Below, one piece after another: positions 25,124 to 37,100 of a DNA stretch of 38,747 bases. Within the stretch, counting starts at the first letter, position 1. Each line of letters begins with the position of its first letter. The notes under the pieces were generated by a model. That model was not told the origin of the DNA and made no database searches. It was given only the letters and a program-made list of their open reading frames with translations. The DNA lies in assembly GCA_002189035.1 (NCBI GenBank), contig NEEC01000167.1, positions 1 through 38,747 on the forward strand, in the 5' to 3' direction. Both the position numbers and the translations under genes were made by a program. Source of the DNA: Utricularia gibba (Eukaryota > Plantae > Magnoliophyta).

Positions 25124-28100
25124 AAAAAATCATGTGGGGTGCACGTGATATCGCAATTTAAACAAATGCAACATCATCGATTTGCATCCTTTTGTCCTCA
25201 TGAGCCATAAAGAATCGCGGGCCCGGACCAAGTTCCTAGCGAGACTGGCCGCCACAAAACGAGAAGCTGTTCCTTGAAAAACCATGTAGGCAACACCGAA
25301 AACCGAACGTTAATAAATACATCACTTTCTTTGCCGGGCTACAACTTACTTTGGGCCAAGGCCTAAGCTGACCTTTTTCCGGTTCCAAGTGCCCCAAGAC
25401 CGCCTTCTCAAGTATAAAGTAAGTTGTTGAAAAAATCATGTGGGGTGCACGTGACATCATAATTTAAACAAATGCATCATTTTTTTTAATCGATTTGCAT
25501 CCAGTTGACCTCATGAGCCATACAGAATCGGGGTCAAGGACCAAGTTCCCAGCGAGACTGGCCGCCACAAAACGAGAAGCGGTTCCTTGAAAAACCATGT
25601 AGGCAGCCCCCGAAAACCGAACGATAATAAATACATCACTTTATTTGCCGGACTACAACTAACTCTCGGTGCAAGCCAAACCTTACCTTTGTCCCGTTCC
25701 AGGTGCACCCAAAGACCGCCTGCTCAAGTATAAAGTAAGTTGTTGAAAAAATCATGTGGGGTGCACGTGATATCGCAATTTAAACAAATGCAACATTGTA
25801 TTCATCGATTTGCATCCTTTTGTCCTCATGAGCCATAAAGAATCGCGGGCCCGGACCAAGTTCCTAGCGAGACTGGCCGCCACAAAACGAGAAGCTGTTC
25901 CTTGAAAAACCATGTAGGCAACACCGAAAACCGAACGTTAATAAATACATCACTTTCTTTGCCGGGCTACAACTTACTTTGGGCCAAGGCCTAAGCTTTT
26001 TTCCGGTTCCAAGTGCACCCAAAGTGGATCATGTGGGGTGCACGTGACATTAATTTAAACAAATCATGATTTGCATCCAGTTGACCTCATGAGCCATACA
26101 GAATCGGGGTCAAGGACCAAGTTCCCAGCGAGACTGGCCGCCACAAAACGAGAAGCGGTTCCTTGAAAAACCATGTAGGCAGCCCCCGAAAACCGAACGA
26201 TAATAAATACATCACTTTATTTGCCGGACTACAACTAACTCTCGGTGCAAGCCAAACCTTACCTTTGTCCCGTTCCAGGTGCACCCAAAGACCGCCTCCT
26301 CAAGTATAAAGTAAGTTGTTGAAAAAATCATGTGGGGTGCACGTGATATCGCAATTTAAACAAATGCAACATTGTATTCATCGATTTGCATCCTTTTGTC
26401 CTCATGAGCCATAAAGAATCGCGGGCCCGGACCAAGTTCCTAGCGAGACTGGCCGCCACAAAACGAGAAGCTGTTCCTTGAAAAACCATGTAGGCAACAC
26501 CGAAAACCGAACGTTAATAAATACATCACTTTCTTTGCCGGGCTACAACTTACTTTGGGCCAAGGCCTAAGCTGACTTTTTCCGTTCCAAGTGCACCCAA
26601 AGACCGCCTTCTCATATAAAGTAAGTTGTTAAAAAATCATGTGGGGTGCACGTGACATCATAATTTAAACAAATGGATCATTTTTTTTAATCGATTTGCA
26701 TCCAGTTGACCTCATGAGCCATACAGAATCGGGGTCAAGGACCAAGTTCCCAGCGAGACTGGCCGCCACAAAACGAGAAGCGGTTCCTTGAAAAACCATG
26801 TAGGCAGCCCCCGAAAACCGAACGATAATAAATACATCACTTTATTTGCCGGACTACAACTAACTCTCGGTGCAAGCCAAACCTGTTCCAAGCACCAAGA
26901 CCGCCTTACATGTGGGGTGCACGTGACATATCAAATGCAATTTAAACCGTTTGCCCTTTTGTCCTCATGGTATAAGAATCACCAAGTTCCTAGCGAGACT
27001 GGCCGCCACAAAACGAGAAGCTGTTCCTTGAAAAACCATGTAGGCAACACCGAAAACCGAACGTTAATAAATACATCACTTTCTTTGCCGGGCTACAACT
27101 TTGGGCCAAGGCCTAAGCTGATCTTTTTCCGGTTCCAAGTGCCCCAAGACCGTCTCTCATGTATAAAGTAAGTTGTTAAAAAATCATGTGGGGTGCACGT
27201 GATAATCGCAATTTTAAACAAATCATGCCATACAGAATTCAAGGACCAAGTTCCCAGCGAGACTGGCCGCCACAAAACGAGAAGCGGTTCCTTGAAAAAC
27301 CATGTAGGCAGCCCCCGAAAACCGAACGATAATAAATACATCACTTTATTTGCCGGACTGGCAAGCCAAACCTTGTCCCGTTCCAGGTGCACCCAAAGAC
27401 CGCCTGCTCAAGTATAAAGTAAGTTGTTGAAAAAATCATGTGGGGTGCACGTGATATCGCAATTTAAACAAATGCAACATTGTATTCATCGATTTGCATC
27501 CTTTTGTCCTCATGAGCCATAAAGAATCGCGGGCCCGGACCAAGTTCCTAGCGAGACTGGCCGCCACAAAACGAGAAGCTGTTCCTTGAAAAACCATGTA
27601 GGCAACACCGAAAACCGAACGTTAATAAATACATCACTTTCTTTGCCGGGCTACAACTTACTTTGGGCCAAGGCCTAAGCTGACCTTTTTCCGGTTCCAA
27701 GTGCACCCAAAGACCGCCTCTCATGTATAAAGTAAGTTGTTTAAAAAATCATGTGGGGTGCACGTGACATCATAATTTAAACAAATGATCATTTTTTTTA
27801 ATCGATTTGCATCCAGTTGACCTCATGAGCCATACAGAATCGGGGTCAAGGACCAAGTTCCCAGCGAGACTGGCCGCCACAAACGAGAAGCGGTTCCTTG
27901 AAAAACCATGTAGGCAGCCCCCGAAAACCGAACGATAATAAATACATCACTTTATTTGCCGGACTACAACTAACTCTCGGTGCAAGCCAAACCTTACCTT
28001 TGTCCCGTTCCAGGTGCACCCAAAGACCGCCTGCTCAAGTATAAAGTAAGTTGTTGAAAAAATCATGTGGGGTGCACGTGATATCGCAATTTAAACAAAT

Positions 28101-31100
28101 GCAACATTGTATTCATCGATTTGCATCCTTTTGTCCTCATGAGCCATAAAGAATCGCGGGCCCGGACCAAGTTCCTAGCGAGACTGGCCGCCACAAAACG
28201 AGAAGCTGTTCCTTGAAAAACCATGTAGGCAACACCGAAAACCGAACGTTAATAAATACATCACTTTCTTTGCCGGGCTACAACTTACTTTGGGCCAAGG
28301 CCTAAGCTGACCTTTTTCCGGTTCCAAGTGCCCCCAAGACCGCCTCCTCATGTATAAAGTATGTTGTTAAAAAAATCATGTGGGGTGCACGTGACATCGT
28401 AATTTAAACAAATGCATCATTTTTTTTAATCGATTTGCATCCAGTTGACCTCATGAGCCATACAGAATCGGGGTCAAGGACCAAGTTCCCAGCGAGACTG
28501 GCCGCCACAAAACGAGAAGCGGTTCCTTGAAAAACCATGTAGGCAGCCCCCGAAAACCGAACGATAATAAATACATCACTTTATTTGCCGGACTACAACT
28601 AACTCAAGGGCAAGCCAAACCTTACCTTTGTCCGTTCCAGTGCACCCAAAGACCGCCTCCTCAAGTATAAAGTAAGTTGTTGAAAAAATCATGTGGGGTG
28701 CACGTGATATCGCAATTTAAACAAATGCAACATTGTATTCATCGATTTGCATCCTTTTGTCCTCATGAGCCATAAAGAATCGCGGCCCGGACCAAGTTCC
28801 TAGCGAGACTGGCCGCCACAAAACGAGAAGCTGTTCCTTGAAAAACCATGTAGGCAACACCGAAAACCGAACGTTAATAAATACATCACTTTCTTTGCCG
28901 GGCTACAACTTACTTTGGGCCAAGGCCTAAGCTGACCTTTTCATCCGGATTCCAAGATGCAAGACCAATAGAGCCACGCCGTTCCTGGCCATGTAATCGA
29001 TAATAAATGAGCCATACAGGTTCAAGTTCCCAGAGACCCAAGACCGCCTCTCAAGTATAAAGTAAGTTGTTGAAAAAATCATGTGGGGTGCACGTGATAT
29101 CGCAATTTAAACAAATGCAACATTGTATTCATCGATTTGCATCCTTTTGTCCTCATGAGCCATAAAGAATCGCGGGCCCGGACCAAGTTCCTAGCGAGAC
29201 TGGCCGCCACAAAACGAGAAGCTGTTCCTTGAAAAACCATGTAGGCAACACCGAAACCGAACGTTAATAAATACATCTTTCTTTGCCGGGCTACAACTTA
29301 CTTTGGGCCAAGGCCTAAGCTGACTTTTTCCGGTTCCAAGTGCACCCAAAGACCGCCTTCCTTGTATAAAGTAAGTTGTTGAAAAAATCATGTGGGTGCA
29401 CGTGACATCATAATTTAAACAAATGATCATTTTTTTTAATCGATTTGCATCCAGTTGACCTCATGAGCCATACAGAATCGGGTCAAGGACCAAGTTCCCA
29501 GCGAGACTGGCCGCCACAAAACGAGAAGCGGTTCCTTGAAAAACCATGTAGGCAGCCCCCGAAAACCGAACGATAATAAATACATCACTTTATTTGCCGG
29601 ACTACAACTAACTCTATCGGTGCAAGCCGCCTCCTCAAACGCTTACGCTTTGTCCCGTTCATCAGCGTGCACCCACAAGACCGCCTGCATCAAGTATTAA
29701 AGTAAGTTTGTTGAAGAATAATCATGTGGGGGTGCACGTGACTATAACGCAATTTAAACAAATGCAACATTGTATTCATCGATTTGCATCCTTTTGTCCT
29801 CATGAGCCATAAAGAATCGCGGGCCCGGACCAAGTTCCTAGCGAGACTGGCCGCCACAAAACGAGAAGCTGTTCCTTGAAAAACCATGTAGGCAACACCG
29901 AAAACCGAACGTTAATAAATACATCACTTTCTTTGCCGGGCTACAACTTACTTTGGGCCAAGGCCTAAGCTGATCTTTTCCGGTTCCAAGTGCACCCAAG
30001 ACCGCCTCAATAAAAGTAAGTTGTTGAAAAAATCATGTGGGGTGCACGTGACATCATAATTTAAACAAATGGATCATTTTTTTTAATCGATTTGCATCCA
30101 GTTGACCTCATGAGCCATACAGAATCGGGGTCAAGGACCAAGTTCCCAGCGAGACTGGCCGCCACAAAACGAGAAGCGGTTCCTTGAAAAACCATGTAGG
30201 CAGCCCCCGAAAACCGAACGATAATAAATACATCACTTTAGACTACAACTAACTCTTGCAAGCCAAAACCTTTTCCCGTTCCAGGTGCACCCAAAGACCG
30301 CCTGCTCAAGTATAAAGTAAGTTGTTGAAAAAATCATGTGGGGTGCACGTGATATCGCAATTTAAACAAATGCAACATTGTATTCATCGATTTGCATCCT
30401 TTTGTCCTCATGAGCCATAAAGATCGCGGGCCCGGACCAAGTTCCTAGCGAGACTGGCCGCCACAAAACGAGAAGCTGTTCTTGAAAAACCATGTAGGCA
30501 ACACCGAAAACCGAACGTTAATAAATACATCACTTTCTTTGCCGGGCTACAACTTACTTTTGGGCCAAGGCCTAAGCTGACTTTTTTCCGGTTCCAAGTG
30601 CCCCAAAGACCGCCTCCTCATGTATAAAGTATGTTGTTAAAAAAATCATGTGGGGTGCACGTGACATCGTAATTTAAACAAATGCATCATTTTTTTTAAT
30701 CGATTTGCATCCAGTTGACCTCATGAGCCATACAGAATCGGGGTCAAGGACCAAGTTCCAGCGAGACTGGCCGCCACAAAACGAGAAGCGGTTCCTTGAA
30801 AAACCATGTAGGCAGCCCCGAAAACGAACGATAATAAATATCACTTTATTTGCCGGACTACAACTAACTCTCGTGCAAGCCAAACCTTACCTTTGTCCCG
30901 TTCCAGGTGCACCCAAAGACGCCTGCTCAAGTATAAAGTAAGTTGTTGAAAAAATCATGTGGGGTGCACGTGATATCGCAATTTAAACAAATGCAACATT
31001 GTATTCATCGATTTGCATCCTTTTGTCCTCATGAGCCATAAAGAATCGCGGGCCCGGACCAAGTTCCTAGCGAGACTGGCCGCCACAAAACGAGAAGCTG

Positions 31101-34100
31101 TTCCTTGAAAAACCATGTAGGCAACACCGAAAACCGAACGTTAATAAATACATCACTTTCTTTGCCGGGCTACAACTTACTTTGGGCCAAGGCCTAAGCT
31201 GATCTTTTTCCGGTTCCAAGTGCAAGCCTTCTCATGTATAAAGTAAGTTGTTGAAAAAATCATGTGGGGTGCACGTGACATCATAATTTAAACAATGCAT
31301 CATTTTTTTTAATCGATTTGCATCCAGTTGACCTCATGAGCCATACAGAATCGGGGTCAAGGACCAAGTTCCCAGCGAGACTGGCCGCCACAAAACGAGA
31401 AGCGGTTCCTTGAAAAACCATGTAGGCAGCCCCGAAAACCGAACGATAATAAATACATCACTTTATTTGCCGGACTACAACTAACTCTCGGTGCAAGCCA
31501 AACCTTACCTTTGTCCCGTTCCAGGTGCACCCAAAGACCGCCTCTCAAGTATAAAGTAAGTTGTTGAAAAAATCATGTGGGGTGCACGTGATATCGCAAT
31601 TTAAACAAATGCAACATTGTATTCATCGATTTGCATCCTTTTGTCCTCATGAGCCATAAAGAATCGCGGCCGGACCAAGTTCCTAGCGAGACTGGCCGCC
31701 ACAAAACGAGAAGCTGTTCCTTGAAAAACCATGTAGGCAACACCGAAAACCGAACGTTAATAAATACATCACTTTCTTTGCCGGGCTACAACTTACTTTG
31801 GGCCAAGGCCTAAGCTGACCTTTTTCCGGTTCCAAGTGCCCCCAAGACCGCCTCCTCATGTATAAAGTAAGTTGTTAAAAAAATCATGTGGGGTGCACGT
31901 GACATCATAATTTAAACAAATGCATCATTTTTTTTAATCGATTTGCATCCAGTTGACCTCATGAGCCATACAGAATCGGGGTCAAGGACCAAGTTCCCAG
32001 CGAGACTGGCCGCCACAAAACGAGAAGCGGTTCCTTGAAAAACCATGTAGGCAGCCCCCGAAAACCGAACGATAATAAATACATCACTTTATTTGCCGGA
32101 CTACAACTACCAAGCCAAAGTTCCAAAAAGACCTCAAGTATAAAGTAAGTTGTTGAAAAAATCATGTGGGTGCACGTGATATCGCAATTTAAACAAATGC
32201 AACATTGTATTCATCGATTTGCATCCTTTTGTCCTCATGAGCCATAAAGAATCGCGGGCCCGGACCAAGTTCCTAGCGAGACTGGCCGCCACAAAACGAG
32301 AAGCTGTTCCTTGAAAAACCATGTAGGCAGAAAACCGAACGTTAATAAATACATCACTTTCTTTGCCGGGCTACAACTTACTTTGGGCCAAGGCCTAAGC
32401 TGACCTTTTTCCGGTTCCAAGTGCCCCCCAAGACCGCCTCCTCATGTATAAAGTATGTTGTTAAAAAAATCATGTGGGGTGCACGTGACATCGTAATTTA
32501 AACAAATGCATCATTTTTTTTAATCGATTTGCATCCAGTTGACCTCATGAGCCATACAGAATCGGGGTCAAGGACCAAGTTCCCAGCGAGACTGGCCGCC
32601 ACAAAACGAGAAGCGGTTCCTTGAAAAACCATGTAGGCAGCCCCAAAACCGAACGATAATAAATACATCACTTTATTTGCCGGACTACAACTAACTCTCG
32701 GTGCAAGCCAAACCTTACCTTTGTCCCGTTCCAGGTGCACCCAAAGACCGCCTGCTCAAGTATAAAGTAAGTTGTTGAAAAAATCATGTGGGGTGCACGT
32801 GATATCGCAATTTAAACAAATGCAACATTGTATTCATCGATTTGCATCCTTTTGTCCTCATGAGCCATAAAGAATCGCGGGCCCGGACCAAGTTCCTAGC
32901 GAGACTGGCCGCCACAAAACGAGAAGCTGTTCCTTGAAAAACCATGTAGGCAACACCGAAAACCGAACGTTAATAAATACATCACTTTCTTTGCCGGGCT
33001 ACAACTTACTTTGGGCCAAGCCTAAGCTGATCTTTTTTCCGGTTCCAAGTGCACCCAAAGACCGCCTTCTCATGTATAAAGTAAGTTGTTGAAAAAATCA
33101 TGTGGGTGCACGTGACATCATAATTTAAACAAATGGATCATTTTTTTTAATCGATTTGCATCCAGTTGACCTCATGAGCCATACAGAATCGGGTCAAGGA
33201 CCAAGTTCCCAGCGAGACTGGCCGCCACAAAACGAGAAGCGGTTCCTTGAAAAACCATGTAGGCAGCCCCCGAAAACCGAACGATAATAATACATCACTT
33301 TATTTGCCGGACTACAACTAACTCTCGGTGCAAGCCAAACCTTACCTTTGTCCCGTTCCAGGTGCACCCAAAGACCGCCTGCTCAAGTATAAAGTAAGTT
33401 GTTGAAAAAATCATGTGGGGTGCACGTGATATCGCAATTTAAACAAATGCAACATTGTATTCATCGATTTGCATCCTTTTGTCCTCATGAGCCATAAAGA
33501 ATCGCGGCCCGGACCAAGTTCCTAGCGAGACTGGCCGCCACAAAACGAGAAGCTGTTCCTTGAAAAACCATGTAGGCAACACGAAAACCGAACGTTAATA
33601 AATACATCACTTTCTTTGCCGGGCTACAACTTACTTTGGGCCAAGGCCTAAGCTGATCTTTTTCCGGTTCCAAGTGCCCCCAAGACCGCCTCCTCATGTA
33701 TAAAGTAAGTTGTTAAAAATCATGTGGGGTGCACGTGACATCGTAATTTAAACAAATGCATCATTTTTTTTAATCGATTTGCATCCAGTTGACCTCATGA
33801 GCCATACAGAATCGGGGTCAAGGACCAAGTTCCCAGCGAGACTGGCCGCCACAAAGAGAAGCGGTTCCTTGAAAAACCATGTAGGCAGCCCCCGAAAACC
33901 GAACGATAATAAATACATCACTTTATTTGCCGGACTACAACTAACTCTCGGTGCAAGCCAAACCTTACCTTTGTCCCGTTCCAGGTGCACCCAAAGACCG
34001 CCTCTCAAGTATAAAGTAAGTTGTTGAAAAAATCATGTGGGGTGCACGTGATATCGCAATTTAAACAAATGCAACATTGTATTCATCGATTTGCATCCTT

Positions 34101-37100
34101 TGTCCTCATGAGCCATAAAGAATCGCAACCAAGTTCCTAGCGAGACTGGCCGCCACAAAACGAGAAGCTGTTCCTTGAAAAACCATGTAGGCAACACCGA
34201 AAACCGAACGTTAATAAATACATCACTTTCTTTGCCGGGCTACAACTTACTTTGGGCCAAGGCCTAAGCTGACCTTTTTCCGGTTCCAAGTGCCCCCAAG
34301 ACCGCCTCCTCATGTATAAGTATGTTGTTAAAAAAATCATGTGGGGTGCACGTGACATCGTAATTTAAACAAATGTCATTTTTTTAATCGATTTGCATCC
34401 AGTTGACCTCATGAGCCATACAGAATCGGGGTCAAGGACCAAGTTCCCAGCGAGACTGGCCGCCACAAAACGAGAAGCGGTTCCTTGAAAACCATGTAGG
34501 CAGCCCCGAAAACCGAACGATAATAAATACATCACTTTATTTGCCGGACTACAACTAAAAGCCAAAAAAGGTGCACCCAAGACAAGTATAAAGTAAGTTG
34601 TTGAAAAATCATGTGGGGTGCACGTGATATCGCAATTTAAACAAATGCAACATCATCGATTTGCATCCTTTTGTCCTCATGAGCCATAAAGAATCGCGGG
34701 CCCGGACCAAGTTCCTAGCGAGACTGGCCGCCACAAAACGAGAAGCTGTTCCTTGAAAAACCATGTAGGCAACACGGAAACCGAACGTTAATAAATACAT
34801 CACTTTCTTTGCCGGGCTACAACTTACTTTGGGCCAAGGCCTAAGCTGACTTTTTCCGGTTCCAAGTGCACCCAAAGACCGCCTCTCAGTATAAAGTAAG
34901 TTGTTAAAAATCATGTGGGGTGCACGTGACATCATAATTTAAACAAATGGATCATTTTTTTTAATCGATTTGCATCCAGTTGACCTCATGAGCCATACAG
35001 AATCGGGGTCAAGGACCAAGTTCCCAGCGAGACTGCCGCCAAAAACGAGAAGCGGTTCCTTGAAAAACCATGTAGGCAGCCCCGAAAACCGAACGATAAT
35101 AAATACATCACTTTATTTGCCGACTACAACTAACTCTCGCAAGCAAACCCTTTGTCCCGTTCCATGCACCCAAAGACCGCCTGCTCAAGTATAAGTAAGT
35201 TGTTGAAAAAATCATGTGGGGTGCACGTGATATCGCAATTTAAACAATGCAACATTGTATTCATCGATTTGCATCCTTTGTCCTCATGAGCCATAAAGAA
35301 TCGCACCAAGTTCCTAGCGAGACTGGCCGCCACAAAACGAGAAGCTGAAAAACATGTAGGCAAGAAAACCGAACGTTAATAAATACATCACTTTCTTTGC
35401 CGGGCTACAACTTACTTTGGCAAGGCCTAAGCTGACTTTTTCCGGTTCCAAGTGCCCCAAAGACCGCCTTCTCAAGTATAAAGTAAGTTGTTAAAAAAAT
35501 CATGTGGGGTGCACGTGACATCATAATTTAAACAAATGCATCATTTTTTTTAATCGATTTGCATCCAGTTGACCTCATGAGCCATACAGAATCGGGGTCA
35601 AGGACCAAGTTCCCAGCGAGACTGGCCGCCACAAAACGAGAAGCGTTCCTTGAAAAACCATGTAGGCAGCCCCGAAACCGAACGATAATAAATACATCAC
35701 TTTATTTGCCGGACTACAACTAACTCTCGGCAAGCCAAACCTTACCTTTGTCCCGTTCCAGGTGCACCCAAAGACCGCCTTCTCAAGTATAAAGTAAGTT
35801 GTTGAAAAAAATGTGGGGTGCACGTGATATCGCAATTTAAACAAATGCAACATTGTATTCATCGATTTGCATCCTTTTGTCCTCATGAGCCATAAAGAAT
35901 CGCGGCCCGGACCAAGTTCCTAGCGAGACTGGCCGCCACAAAAAGAAGCTGTTCCTTGAAAAACCATGTAGGCAACACCGAAAACCGAACGTTAATAAAT
36001 ACATCACTTTCTTTGCCGGGCTACAACTTACTTTGGGCCAAGGCCTAAGCTGAGGTTCCAAGTGCAAGACCGCCTCCTCAAGTATAAAGTATGTTGAAAA
36101 AATCATGTGGGGTGCACGTGACATCGTAATTTAAACAAATGCATCATTTTTTTTAATCGATTTGCATCCAGTTGACCTCATGAGCCATACAGAATCGGGG
36201 TCAAGGACCAAGTTCCCAGCGAGACTGGCCGCCACAAAACGAGAAGCGGTTCCTTGAAAAACCATGTAGGCAGCCCCCGAAAACCGAACGATAATAAATA
36301 CATCACTTTATTTGCCGGACTACAACTAACTCTCGGGCAAGCCAAACCTTACCTTTGTCCCGTTCCAGGTGCACCCAAAGACCGCCTCTCAAGTATAAAG
36401 TAAGTTGTTGAAAAATCATGTGGGGTGCACGTGATATCGCAATTTAAACAAATGCAACATTGTATTCATCGATTTGCATCCTTTTGTCCTCATGAGCCAT
36501 AAAGAATCGCGGGCCCGGACCAAGTTCCTAGCGAGACTGGCCGCCACAAAACGAGAAGCTGTTCCTTGAAAAACCATGTAGGCAACACCGAAAACCGAAC
36601 GTTAATAAATACATCACTTTCTTTGCCGGGCTACAACTTACTTTGGGCCAAGGCTAAGCTGACTTTTTCCGGTTCCAAGTGCACCAAAGACCGCTTCTCA
36701 AGTATAAAGTAAGTTGTTGAAAAAATCATGTGGGGTGCACGTGACATCATAATTTAAACAAATGGATCATTTTTAATCGATTTGCATCCAGTTGACCTCA
36801 TGAGCCATACAGAATCGGGGTCAAGGACCAAGTTCCCAGCGAGACTGGCCGCCAAAACGAGAAGCGGTTCCTTGAAAAACCATGTAGGCAGCCCCCGAAA
36901 ACCGAACGATAATAATACATCACTTTATTTGCCGACTACAACTAACTTTGCAAGCCAAACCTTACTTTGTCCCGTTCCAGGTGCACCCAAAGACCGCCTC
37001 TCAAGTATAAAGTAAGTTGTTGAAAAAATCATGTGGGTGCACGTGATATCGCAATTTAAACAAATGCAACATTGTATTCATCGATTTGCATCCTTTTTCC

